A stretch of 63,918 nucleotides of DNA, counting the filler, from Myxococcota bacterium (GTDB taxonomy: Bacteria; Myxococcota; Myxococcia; Myxococcales; Myxococcaceae): assembly GCA_049322255.1 (NCBI GenBank). It is 3 parts of 3 records of this genome, joined end to end, with 100 filler letters (N's around TTAATTAATTAA, not from the genome) between each part and the next. Parts side by side here need not be neighbours in the genome. Positions count along the whole stretch, not along the records: positions 43,296 to 63,918 come from JBMORE010000075.1; 2 more parts are not named here. One strand, 5' to 3'. The notes below the pieces were generated by a model. The model did no database searches and was not told where the DNA came from. It saw only the letters and a list, made by a program, of their open reading frames with translations. A program made the position numbers and the translations under genes. This document shows positions 55,490 through 63,918 of this stretch, piece after piece. The stretch's first letter is position 1, and each line of letters starts with the position of its first letter.

Positions 55490-55735
55490 ATGAGTGCTAC
55501 TACCATAAAGCTAGAGGGAGAACTTCTGGCGAAGCTTCATAAATTGAAGCCGCCCTCGATGAGCATCTCAGCGTACGTGCGGGGCCTCATCGAGGGTGAG
55601 GTGCGGCGGCAGTCGCTGGCGGCGGCGGCCCGCGAGTATCAGGAGTTCATTGCCTCGACTCCCTCGGAGCGGGATTGGCTGGACGATTGGATGGCCGCGG
55701 ACTTGGTCCACCCGCCGCGGGAGAAGAAGCGGTGA
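55490..55735 (+). CDS. Ribbon-helix-helix antitoxin
   Basis: TTIKLEGELL...SISAYVRGLI; GTGA overlap with the toxin. Confidence 0.75.
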   Translation: MSATTIKLEGELLAKLHKLKPPSMSISAYVRGLIEGEVRRQSLAAAAREYQEFIASTPSERDWLDDWMAADLVHPPREKKR

Positions 55736-56055
55736 AGCGCGGCACGCTCTGCTGGGTGAACCTAGAGCCCTCCCATCCTCCAGAGTTTGGCAAAACTCGG
55801 CCAGGGGTGGTCGTCTCCAACTCGGAGCAAAATGCGGTCTTGGAGACGGTCGTCATCGTCCCCGTCTCCAGTCAATCACCCGAGATCTGGCCACTGCGAT
55901 TGGCCATCCACATGCCCCAAGGGAAAAAATCCTTCGCAGTGCTCCCGGGCATCCGGCAGGTGAGCAAACGGCGAATCACGCAGACGGTGGGGCTGCTTTC
56001 CCTCTCTGAGCTCGAACGGCTTGATGAGGCGCTGGGCGTCTACCTGCAGGACTAA
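55732..56055 (+). CDS. mazF: MazF/PemK family toxin
   Basis: KRGTLCWVNLEP...EFGKTRPGVVVSN...VVIVPVSS...IRQVSKRRI. Confidence 0.9.
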   Translation: MKRGTLCWVNLEPSHPPEFGKTRPGVVVSNSEQNAVLETVVIVPVSSQSPEIWPLRLAIHMPQGKKSFAVLPGIRQVSKRRITQTVGLLSLSELERLDEALGVYLQD

Positions 56056-56067
56056 CAACAACCGGAA

Positions 56068-57069
56068 TCAACGTCCCAAGACCTCACCGTAGATTTCACC
56101 CAAGCGCCGAGCTTCCGCCTCGATTCCGAACCGCTCGCGCGCGTCGGCGGCGGCGACACGGCCAATTTCCTCTGCACGTCGCGGGTCGGCCAGCAACGGC
56201 TCGAGGAGCGAACGCAGCGCGGCCAGGTCTCCAGGCGCGTAAGTGAAGCCATTGCGCCCGTGCTCGACGAGCCCTTCGGTATACGGCAGGCGCGTCGTCA
56301 CCACGCAGCAGCCGGCGGCCATCGCCTCCAACAAAACCAGCGAGTAACCCTCGGTGTACGACGGGTGAACCAACACGGTGAGGCCCTGGTACCAAGGCAG
56401 AATGTCCGCCTGCTCGCCGGGAAAGGTGAGCCGGCTTCCCAGACGCGCGCCCAGGCCTTGGGCAAACGGTCTGAACTTCGGCGTCACCAGGCCGACCAAG
56501 GCCGTGTGCCACTCGGGGTGCCGCGGCAAGAGCGGCGCCACCGCTTCGACGAAATCCTCCTGGCCTTTGGCGGGGCGAATTCGCCCGACGACTCCCAGCC
56601 CGTGGGTTCCCACCAGCCCCAGCGAGCGCCAGGCGGCAACGCGATCCACCGGCGGGGCGAACCGCTTCAAATCCACCCCGTGACCCACCACGGCGGCAGG
56701 GGTGCGAATCATCTCTGCGCTGACCCGGGTGAGCGTCACCACCTGGTCTGCTTTCGAGGCGAGGGCGCGCGTGTACCACCCGGGTGCCTCTCCCGCGTGC
56801 CGGGTGAAGACCACCTTCACTCTCGGCGCCAAGGCGCGCAACAAGAGCCCCACCAACAGCTCGCTGTTCCGGTGAGCGTGCCAAATCACCGGCTCTCTCC
56901 TGGCCCGGCGAAGAATCTCGCTCACCGACGCGCGGGGAACATCGGCGGTCAGCGAGCGCCCGATGGACACGCCGTGCCAGCGCCCGTTGAGCGCTCGAAC
57001 CATGTCCTCCACGTGCCGGGTGGCACCACTCCGGCGGTGGTGGAAGTGGGGGTGCACCACGAGCGTCAT
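56068..57069 (-). CDS. Glycosyltransferase family 4 (LPS core LpcC-like)
   Basis: RRSGAT, WHAHRN.E, HGVD..RF, GRIRPAKG, EGYSLVLLEAMAAG. Confidence 0.9.
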   Translation of the reverse strand: MTLVVHPHFHHRRSGATRHVEDMVRALNGRWHGVSIGRSLTADVPRASVSEILRRARREPVIWHAHRNSELLVGLLLRALAPRVKVVFTRHAGEAPGWYTRALASKADQVVTLTRVSAEMIRTPAAVVGHGVDLKRFAPPVDRVAAWRSLGLVGTHGLGVVGRIRPAKGQEDFVEAVAPLLPRHPEWHTALVGLVTPKFRPFAQGLGARLGSRLTFPGEQADILPWYQGLTVLVHPSYTEGYSLVLLEAMAAGCCVVTTRLPYTEGLVEHGRNGFTYAPGDLAALRSLLEPLLADPRRAEEIGRVAAADARERFGIEAEARRLGEIYGEVLGR

Positions 57070-57079
57070 GTCGTCTCGC

Positions 57080-57541
57080 TCAGGGCCGAGCGCGTTTGGT
57101 CGAGTCGACGCCGTAGTCGCGCAGCATCTTGTGAATGACCAGCGCGTGCTGCTCTTCGGCGGAGATCATCCCCCGCGCGTATTCCTCGAGGTAGATGCTG
57201 CGGTCCTTGGCCAGCTCCAGCAGCCGCTGGTACTTGCCGATGGCCGTCTGCTCGTGGGCCAGGCTCTCGGCCAAAATGGCGTGGATCTCGTGCTCGTTGG
57301 TCTCGTCGAGCTTGGTGATTTTCATGCTCGGGTGTCCCCCCAGGCCGGTGAGCAGCTCTCCTGCTTGCTGGGCGTGGGTCAACGCCTCGGTCGCCTGGCT
57401 CCGCAAGAACTCGACGATGGGAATCCGGTTGGGGCCGATGACCATCAGCGAGTAGTGGGTGAAGCGCACCACCCCCGCCAGCTCGAACTCGACGATGCCG
57501 TTGAGCACGTCGATGACCGCCTTCTTGTTGAGGGGCTTCAT
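57080..57541 (-). CDS. Ferritin-like/bacterioferritin-related protein
   Basis: ELAGVVRFTHYS, EALTHA, ESLAHE, EEQH diiron-type motifs. Confidence 0.85.
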   Translation of the reverse strand: MKPLNKKAVIDVLNGIVEFELAGVVRFTHYSLMVIGPNRIPIVEFLRSQATEALTHAQQAGELLTGLGGHPSMKITKLDETNEHEIHAILAESLAHEQTAIGKYQRLLELAKDRSIYLEEYARGMISAEEQHALVIHKMLRDYGVDSTKRARP

Positions 57542-57633
57542 GGCGGCGAAAGGCCTAGCACACCCGCGCGCGCGGAAGAAAACCTTGTCCCGCGCGTTGG
57601 CAACTCATGCGCCGCCGGTTAGAAGTCGCGCCC

Positions 57634-58629
57634 ATGGAAAACGCAGGCGACTTGCGTGCGGTGGAGGAGCTGGCCTCGGCGCGCTCGCGCATTCTCGACC
57701 AGATTGAGAAACGGGTGGTTGGCCAGCGCGAAGTGGTCGACCACTTGCTCATCTCGCTCTTCTCCCGCGGGCACTGCCTCTTCGTCGGCGTGCCCGGGCT
57801 GGCCAAGACGCTGCTCATCTCCACGCTGGCCGATGTCCTCAACCTCTCCTTCAACCGCATTCAGTTCACCCCCGACCTGATGCCGTCGGACATCACCGGC
57901 ACCGACATCCTCGAGGAGGACCGCTCCACCGGCCGGCGCGAGTTTCGCTTCGTCAAGGGCCCGCTGTTCGCCCACATCATTCTCGCTGACGAGGTGAACC
58001 GTACCCCGCCCAAGACACAGGCCGCGCTGCTCCAAGCGATGCAGGAGTACCGCGTCACCGCCGGCGGCCGCACCTACCCGCTCGAGCTGCCCTTCCTGGT
58101 CTTCGCCACCCAAAACCCCATCGAGCAGGAGGGCACCTACCCACTCCCCGAAGCCCAGCTCGACCGCTTCATGTTCTTGGTCGACGTCGGCTACCCCTCG
58201 GCGGAGGAAGAGGTGCAAATCGTCAAGACCACCACCGCGGGACAGCAGCCGGCGCTGGAGAAGGTGCTCTCCCCGGAGCAGATTCAAAAGCTCCAGGACT
58301 TGGTGCGCCGGGTGCCGGTGCCCGACCACGTGGTGCGCTACGCGGTGGAGCTGGTGCGCCACACCCGCCCCAAGGAGCCCCACGTGCCCGAGTTCATCGC
58401 CAAGAACGTCTCCTGGGGCGCCGGCCCGCGCGCCAGCCAATACCTGGTGATCGCGGCCAAAGCGCGCGCCATCCTCTCCGGGCGCTTCGCCGCCTCGGTG
58501 GAGGACGTGCAGGCGCTGGCCAAGCCGGTCTTACGCCACCGGGTGCTCCCCAACTTCCACGCCGAATCCGAGGGCATCACCAGCGCCAAGCTGGTGGAGC
58601 AGCTGCTCGAAGTGGTGAAGACGGCGTAG
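57634..58629 (+). CDS. moxR: MoxR family AAA+ ATPase
   Basis: GVPGLAKT, RIQFTPDLMPSDITG, ADEVNRTPPKTQ, EQEGTYPLPEAQLDRF. Confidence 0.96.
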   Translation: MENAGDLRAVEELASARSRILDQIEKRVVGQREVVDHLLISLFSRGHCLFVGVPGLAKTLLISTLADVLNLSFNRIQFTPDLMPSDITGTDILEEDRSTGRREFRFVKGPLFAHIILADEVNRTPPKTQAALLQAMQEYRVTAGGRTYPLELPFLVFATQNPIEQEGTYPLPEAQLDRFMFLVDVGYPSAEEEVQIVKTTTAGQQPALEKVLSPEQIQKLQDLVRRVPVPDHVVRYAVELVRHTRPKEPHVPEFIAKNVSWGAGPRASQYLVIAAKARAILSGRFAASVEDVQALAKPVLRHRVLPNFHAESEGITSAKLVEQLLEVVKTA

Positions 58630-58638
58630 AGGCGTCTT

Positions 58639-59523
58639 TTGCAAACCCTCGACGCCCACATGCTGGCGCGGCTGCAAGGGGTGAAGCTGCGCGCCCGCGC
58701 GGTGGTGGAGGGCGTGCTCTCCGGCCTGCACAAAAGCCCCCACCAGGGCCAGAGCGTGGAGTTCGCCGAGCACAAGGTGTACGCCCCCGGCGACGAGCTT
58801 CGCCACCTCGACTGGAAGGCGTTCGGAAAGTTCGACAAGTACTACGTCAAGCGCTTCGAGCACGAGACCAACTTACGAGCGGTGATGACGCTCGATGGCT
58901 CGGCGTCGATGGGTTACGGCAGCACCGCGCTCTCCAAGCTCGAGGTGGCCAAGGTGTTGGCGGGGGCGCTGGCCTACCTCTTGGTGCGCCAGCAGGACGC
59001 CGCAGGGCTGGCGGTAGTGACGGGAGAAAGCTTCGCCGACGTTCCTCCGCGCGCGGCCGCGGGCCATCTCACCACCTTGATGGAGTCGCTCGAGCGACTT
59101 TTGCCCCGCGGTACCACCGACCTCTTCGGCGCCGCCGAGCGCTTGGCGGAGAAAGTCACCCGGCGCTCGCTCATCGTCGTCTTCTCTGACCTCTTCGACG
59201 ACCGCCCCGAGGCCCTGCGGCGCATCCTCCAGCTGCGCGCGCGCAAGAACGACGTCGCGGTCTTTCACCTGGTCGACCCCGCCGAGCTCTCCTTCCCCTT
59301 CGACGACCCCACCCTCTTCCTCTCCATGGAAGACGAGCGGCGCATCGAGGTGAACCCGCGGGAAATCAAGGAGAGCTACCTGGAGGAATTTTCCGCCTTC
59401 CTCGCCCAAATGAAGTCCACCTGCGCCGAGGCCGACGTCGACTACGAGCTGGTGCGCACCGACGAGCCGCTCGACGCGGTGCTCTTGCGCTTCCTCGCCC
59501 GGCGTCAGGGAGGGCGGCGGTGA
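58639..59523 (+). CDS. DUF58 protein
   Basis: GLHKSP..GQSVEFAEHKVY.PGDELRHLDWK, VKRFEHET, DGSASM. Confidence 0.95.
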   Translation: MQTLDAHMLARLQGVKLRARAVVEGVLSGLHKSPHQGQSVEFAEHKVYAPGDELRHLDWKAFGKFDKYYVKRFEHETNLRAVMTLDGSASMGYGSTALSKLEVAKVLAGALAYLLVRQQDAAGLAVVTGESFADVPPRAAAGHLTTLMESLERLLPRGTTDLFGAAERLAEKVTRRSLIVVFSDLFDDRPEALRRILQLRARKNDVAVFHLVDPAELSFPFDDPTLFLSMEDERRIEVNPREIKESYLEEFSAFLAQMKSTCAEADVDYELVRTDEPLDAVLLRFLARRQGGRR

Positions 59524-61628
59524 CCTTCGCCCAACCCCTGATGCTGTTGGGCGCGCTGGCGGCGCTCATCCCGCTGCTCATTCACCTCTTCGACCGCCGC
59601 CGGCCTCGCCCTCACCCCTTCGGCGCCATCTCCTTCGTGCTCAAGAGCCAGCGGCGCACCGCCTCGCGGCTCAAGCTCAAGCGGCTCATCCTCTACGCCT
59701 TACGCACCCTCATTCTTCTCGCGCTGCCCATCGCGCTGGCCCGGCCGGAGTGGAGGAAGGAGGCGCTCCCGGGTGCATCGGCGCGCGGCCCCGCCGCCAC
59801 CGCCATCGTGCTCGACGCTTCGCTTTCCATGCGCTGGGCCGACGGGACGTCGCTCTTTGCCGAAGCGCAGGAAGAGGCCCGCGACGCGCTCGCCGGTCTT
59901 TCCGCTGAGGAACCGGCCACGGTGCTCCTGTGCGGCCTGCACGCACGGCCGCCTTTGGCCGCCGGCTTCGATCGCGCCCGCCTGCGTTCTCTCATCGACC
60001 AAGCCCAGCCCAGCCACGGCAGCGCCGACCTGACCCGTTGCCTCGACCTCGCCGCCCATGCGCTGGAGGAGAGCCCCTTACCCGCCAAGCGGTTGGTGGT
60101 GGTTTCGGACTTCACCGCCCACTCGCTTCGGCTGGAGGCGCCTCCTCCTTTGGTGAAGGGGCCCACCGGCGAGCCGGTACGCCCGGAGATGGTACTGGTG
60201 GACGCCGCCCGCGGCCGCCCAGAGCTGCCCAACCACGCCATCGTCGATTTGAAAATCGAGCCGGCGATGCAGGTGGGGCCGCGCGCGTTTCAGTTCACCT
60301 TCACCGTGCGCAACTTCTCCTCCCTGCCGGTGAAGGACCTCGAGGCGAGCTTGCGGGTGCAGGGGCAGGTGGTGGCCAAGGGCTTTCTCGACCTCGCTCC
60401 CGGAGGCACCTCGCAAAAAGTCCTCACCCACCGCTTCGACGAGGGCGGCACGGTGAGCGGCGAGGTGGCCATCGCTTCCGACCAGCTCGCCGAGGATGAC
60501 CGCCGCCCCTTCGTGCTCGCGGTGCCCAAGGAGCTCACGGCGTTGGTGGTGAACGGCTCGCCGAGCACGGTGAGGCTGCGCGACGAGACCTTCTTCGTCG
60601 AGGCCGCCCTCACCGCTCCTGGCTCTCCGGTGCGCGCCTTCGTGCGCGATGCCGAGGCCGGTTTGCGCGAGGACCTCTCCCAGTATGACGTGGTGATGCT
60701 GCTCAACGTGCCCCTCCCCACCGAGGAGCAGGCGCAGGGGCTGGCCGCGCTCGTGGAGAAGGGCGGCGGTCTCTTCCTTTCCATGGGAGACAACGTCGTC
60801 GACGTGCCCCTCTACAGCGCACGGCTCGCCTCGGTGCTGCCAAGGCCCTTGCGCGACACCAAGACCGCCGTCGACCCGGAGGCGCCCGACGTCACCGCCC
60901 GCGCCGCCAAGCTGGCCTCGGTCTCCACCGAGCACCCGGTGTTCTCGGTCTTCACCGGCCCGGCGCGCGAGGGGCTCCTGAGCGCCCGCTTCTACCGCTA
61001 TGTGCTGCTGGAGGGAGAGCAGGTGACGGCTGGGCAAAAAGCGACCTCGCAGGTGCTGGCGACCTTCGACGACGGCGCACCTGCCTTCGCGGTGGCGAAG
61101 AAGGGTCCAGGCCGAGTGATGCTCTTCACCTCCACCGTGGACCGCGACTGGAGCGACTTTGCCATTCGCACCGCCTTTCTCCCGTTTTTGCAGCGGGTGT
61201 GTGCCTACCTGACCGGCTCGCTGGAGGAGCGCGACGAGCTGCGTGCGCAAGTGGGGGAGGTGGTGACTTTCCGCCCCTCGAGCGAGCACAAACCAACGGC
61301 GGCGAAGGGGCCGCAAGGAGAGGAGCTCAAGCTCGACGCTCAGCCCGATGGCAGCTTCCAGCTGGGCCCGGTGGAGACGCCGGGCGCGTACACGGTGCTC
61401 GATGGCAAGGGCCAAGCGCTCCCCGCGCTCTTTTTCGCCGTCACCCTCGACCCCTCGGAGAGCGACCTTTCGCGCATCAAGCCCGAGGTGCTCTCGGCCT
61501 ACTTCGGCGAAGAGATGGTGCGCACCGCGGGCGGCCCCGAGCCAGAGCGAAAAGTGCCGCTGTGGACCTGGCTCATTCTCCTCGCCGCCTGCGCCTTCTT
61601 CTTCGAGGGCCTGCTCTTGCGGCGGTGA
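59520..61628 (+). CDS. BatA N-terminal/vWA domain membrane protein
   Basis: MTFAQP..L...IPLLIHL, DASLSM, VVSDF, ESDL, C-terminal TM. Confidence 0.9.
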   Translation: MTFAQPLMLLGALAALIPLLIHLFDRRRPRPHPFGAISFVLKSQRRTASRLKLKRLILYALRTLILLALPIALARPEWRKEALPGASARGPAATAIVLDASLSMRWADGTSLFAEAQEEARDALAGLSAEEPATVLLCGLHARPPLAAGFDRARLRSLIDQAQPSHGSADLTRCLDLAAHALEESPLPAKRLVVVSDFTAHSLRLEAPPPLVKGPTGEPVRPEMVLVDAARGRPELPNHAIVDLKIEPAMQVGPRAFQFTFTVRNFSSLPVKDLEASLRVQGQVVAKGFLDLAPGGTSQKVLTHRFDEGGTVSGEVAIASDQLAEDDRRPFVLAVPKELTALVVNGSPSTVRLRDETFFVEAALTAPGSPVRAFVRDAEAGLREDLSQYDVVMLLNVPLPTEEQAQGLAALVEKGGGLFLSMGDNVVDVPLYSARLASVLPRPLRDTKTAVDPEAPDVTARAAKLASVSTEHPVFSVFTGPAREGLLSARFYRYVLLEGEQVTAGQKATSQVLATFDDGAPAFAVAKKGPGRVMLFTSTVDRDWSDFAIRTAFLPFLQRVCAYLTGSLEERDELRAQVGEVVTFRPSSEHKPTAAKGPQGEELKLDAQPDGSFQLGPVETPGAYTVLDGKGQALPALFFAVTLDPSESDLSRIKPEVLSAYFGEEMVRTAGGPEPERKVPLWTWLILLAACAFFFEGLLLRR

Positions 61629-61636
61629 GCAGGTGT

Positions 61637-61660
61637 GGTTGCGCAGGAGACTGCGCAACC
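61637..61660. terminator. Hairpin after the BatA gene (no U tract)
   Basis: GGTTGCGCAG-GAGA-CTGCGCAACC perfect 10-bp stem. Confidence 0.4.
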
Positions 61661-61720
61661 TGCGCAGAGCTCGCTTCTCAAAGACAACGTCCCTCCCCTG
61701 CGATGTCCACTGACGCCGAA

Positions 61721-61736
61721 CGGCATGGCTCCTGCT
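61721..61736 (+). promoter_or_regulatory. Putative sigma54 promoter of the cytochrome gene
   Basis: CGGCATGGCTCCTGCT, GG-N10-GC. Confidence 0.45.
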
Positions 61737-61761
61737 CACGGTGCGGCCCGGAGGTGGACCG

Positions 61762-63624
61762 ATGCGAACGCCACGGCGACTTTGGGTGCTGCTGCTCCTG
61801 GGAACTGCGGCAGGCTGCCGCGACTATGGAGACAACTGGTTTACCCGGCCTTCGCGCTCGCGGCCCACTCCAGAAGCGGGGACTGCGGCGTGCGCTCCAG
61901 CCGACCTTCTCATCAGTACCGAGTCGGCGGTGACCTCCAGCTTCGCGCCCCCGGTGAGTGGCGGGACGCTCATCGTGCCCGAAGGGGGAACGACCGCGGT
62001 GGCCGCTGACCCTGACCGGGACGTGGTGTGGATTGCCGATCTCGGCGAGCGCATGACGACTTCGGTACAACTGTCGCGAGGTGATGAGCCGGGGCGCCTG
62101 GTGGCGGACGAGCAGGGCCGGGTGCACGTGGCATTGCGTCGAGGCGGAGCGGTGGTGAGCATCGACCCCGCCACCGCCACCGTGCTCGCCCGGCGCCCGG
62201 TGTGCTCTGAGCCGCGGGGCATCGCATACGACGTGCTGTCGGCGACGCTGCATGTGGCTTGCGCCACTGGGGAGCTGGTCTCCCTGCTGGCCGAGGGCGG
62301 CAACCCCACCCGCCGTCTCCAACTGGGCATGGACCTGCGCGACGTGGTGGTGCAGGACGGGCGCATGTTCGTCAGCCGCTTCCGTTCCGCCGAGCTGCTC
62401 GAGGTCTCCGCGGACGGGAAGTTGGCGCTGTCGCGCCGGCCCGATGAGTGGATGCCGGTGGAACGCGGTCGCGCCGCCGTCGCCTGGCGCACCCTCGCCT
62501 CCTCGGGCCGGGTGGTGATGCTGCACCAGCTCGCTACCTCGGCGGACGTGGACATCAGCTGCACCCAGCCCCCCGGCTCCAGCTACGGAGGAGGAGGAGG
62601 TGGTGGTGGTGGTGGCGGCGGGAGCTTCGGCGACGTGGGGCAACACGTCCCTCTGGTGGCGCCGGCAATCACCTCGTTCTCGGGCGCCTCGCACAGCGCC
62701 CCCCTTTCCTTCCAGGGCGTGCTGGCGGTGGACATCGCCGTCTCCGGCGACTGCCAAAAGATGGCCATCGCTGCGGCGGGCGGCGACCTCGTCAAGCTGG
62801 CGACTGGAACCGGCAACGCATGCGCGTTCGACCAGCCCAACGACGCAGGGGTCTTCTTCTTCTCGGAGCCGGTTGCGGTCGCTTTCACCGAGAGCGGCGC
62901 CCTGGTGGTGCAGACCCGCCAGCCAGCCGGGTTGCACGTCATCGAGCAGGGCCAGGTCACCCAGAAGCTGCTCTTTTCGACGCAGGACGTGAGCCACTCG
63001 GGGCACCGCCTCTTCCACAAAGACGCCGGGCGCGGCATCGCCTGCGCTTCTTGTCACCCCGAGGGGCGAGAGGACGGCCTGGTGTGGCGCTTCCGCTCCA
63101 CGCCGGGCGCCATGGCTGAGCCGCGGCGTACCCAGCCGTTGGGGGGAGGCCTGCTCGCCACCGCACCTTTCCACTGGGAAGGGGACCTGAACGACGTCGG
63201 AGCGCTGATGCGCGAAGTCTTCGCCCGGCGCATGGGCGGCCTTTTGCCCTCCGAGACCCAGCTTTCCGCGATGAACCGCTGGCTCGACGCGCTGCCTCCG
63301 CCTGCGCCCCCTGCGGCGCAAGACACTGCGGCAGTCGCCCGCGGCCAAACCCTCTTCGAGGATCAGGAGGTCGGCTGCGCCCGATGCCACTCGGGCCCGC
63401 GCTTCACCAACAACGCCACCCTCGCCGTGGGTACCGGGGCCCCCTTTCAGGTTCCTTCCCTCTTGGGGCTGGCGGCGCGCGACCCGTACATGCACTCCGG
63501 CTGCGCCTCCACCCTCTTCGAGCGCTTTCTCCCCGACTGCGGAGGAGGCGACCAGCACGGGAAGACCTCTCACCTCACCGGCGAGCAGCTCGACGACCTC
63601 ATCGCTTACCTCCAGACCCTCTGA
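61762..63624 (+). CDS. Lipoprotein with beta-propeller and diheme cytochrome c (peroxidase/MauG-like) domain
   Basis: AAGC lipobox; CASCH and CARCH; RRTQPL..TAPFHWEG; VPSL....PYMHSG. Confidence 0.88.
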   Translation: MRTPRRLWVLLLLGTAAGCRDYGDNWFTRPSRSRPTPEAGTAACAPADLLISTESAVTSSFAPPVSGGTLIVPEGGTTAVAADPDRDVVWIADLGERMTTSVQLSRGDEPGRLVADEQGRVHVALRRGGAVVSIDPATATVLARRPVCSEPRGIAYDVLSATLHVACATGELVSLLAEGGNPTRRLQLGMDLRDVVVQDGRMFVSRFRSAELLEVSADGKLALSRRPDEWMPVERGRAAVAWRTLASSGRVVMLHQLATSADVDISCTQPPGSSYGGGGGGGGGGGGSFGDVGQHVPLVAPAITSFSGASHSAPLSFQGVLAVDIAVSGDCQKMAIAAAGGDLVKLATGTGNACAFDQPNDAGVFFFSEPVAVAFTESGALVVQTRQPAGLHVIEQGQVTQKLLFSTQDVSHSGHRLFHKDAGRGIACASCHPEGREDGLVWRFRSTPGAMAEPRRTQPLGGGLLATAPFHWEGDLNDVGALMREVFARRMGGLLPSETQLSAMNRWLDALPPPAPPAAQDTAAVARGQTLFEDQEVGCARCHSGPRFTNNATLAVGTGAPFQVPSLLGLAARDPYMHSGCASTLFERFLPDCGGGDQHGKTSHLTGEQLDDLIAYLQTL

Positions 63625-63688
63625 CACCCGCACTGGCATCCGGCAGCCGTCGGCGTAGGCTCGCCCTCCCCTTCGCAGGAGAGGTGAC

Positions 63689-63918
63689 ATGACGCGTTTT
63701 GCCGTAGCCGCAGGGAGCGTGGTGGTTTTGATGTCGTCAGCCGTTTGGGGGGACGAAGTGGCTGCCGACGACGGTGCCGTCGACGTTCGTGACGCCGACG
63801 CCGCGGTGGGCATTGGAGCCGGCTGGACTTTCCCGGAGGAAATCCTACGCCCCAATACGGTGAGCGCTCGCCTTCGTTTCGGGAAGTTTGCCATCGAGCC
63901 GGGAGTGTCGCTGGGCGG
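63689..63918 (+). CDS. Secreted/outer-membrane hypothetical protein (3'-partial)
   Basis: GGAGAGG RBS; MTRFAVAAGSVVVL signal; GIGAGWTFP...PNTVSARLRF. Confidence 0.6.
   Translation, partial: MTRFAVAAGSVVVLMSSAVWGDEVAADDGAVDVRDADAAVGIGAGWTFPEEILRPNTVSARLRFGKFAIEPGVSLG

Overview
GC-rich myxobacterial (Myxococcota-like) DNA, judged from MYXO-CTERM-type anchors, Myxococcus Cys-rich repeats, a TIGR02266-type domain and a myxobacterial S41 protease. It consists of three contigs joined by artificial N44-TTAATTAATTAA-N44 linkers (21822-21921, 43196-43295). Contig 1 carries an IS end, S41 protease, gshA, an Hsp70 fusion, alaS, signalling genes, an ECF sigma factor and an exonuclease-DinG helicase. The helicase start codon is split (AT|G) by an internally deleted group II intron that regenerates the ATG and is translationally coupled to the host gene; this is the top finding. 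Contig 2 carries a multicopper oxidase, a giant surface amidohydrolase, a SEC-C/RelE-like fusion, and two MYXO-CTERM surface proteins with unrelated heads on an identical 785-bp Ig-stalk/anchor module, bracketing an eroding accessory island. Contig 3 carries a cobalamin riboswitch, comEA, DUF4175/peptidase-MA and MoxR-DUF58-BatA blocks separated by toxin-antitoxin loci, phoD and a diheme cytochrome c lipoprotein. No CRISPR array, rRNA or tRNA was seen. Family calls come from motif recognition by eye, not database searches.
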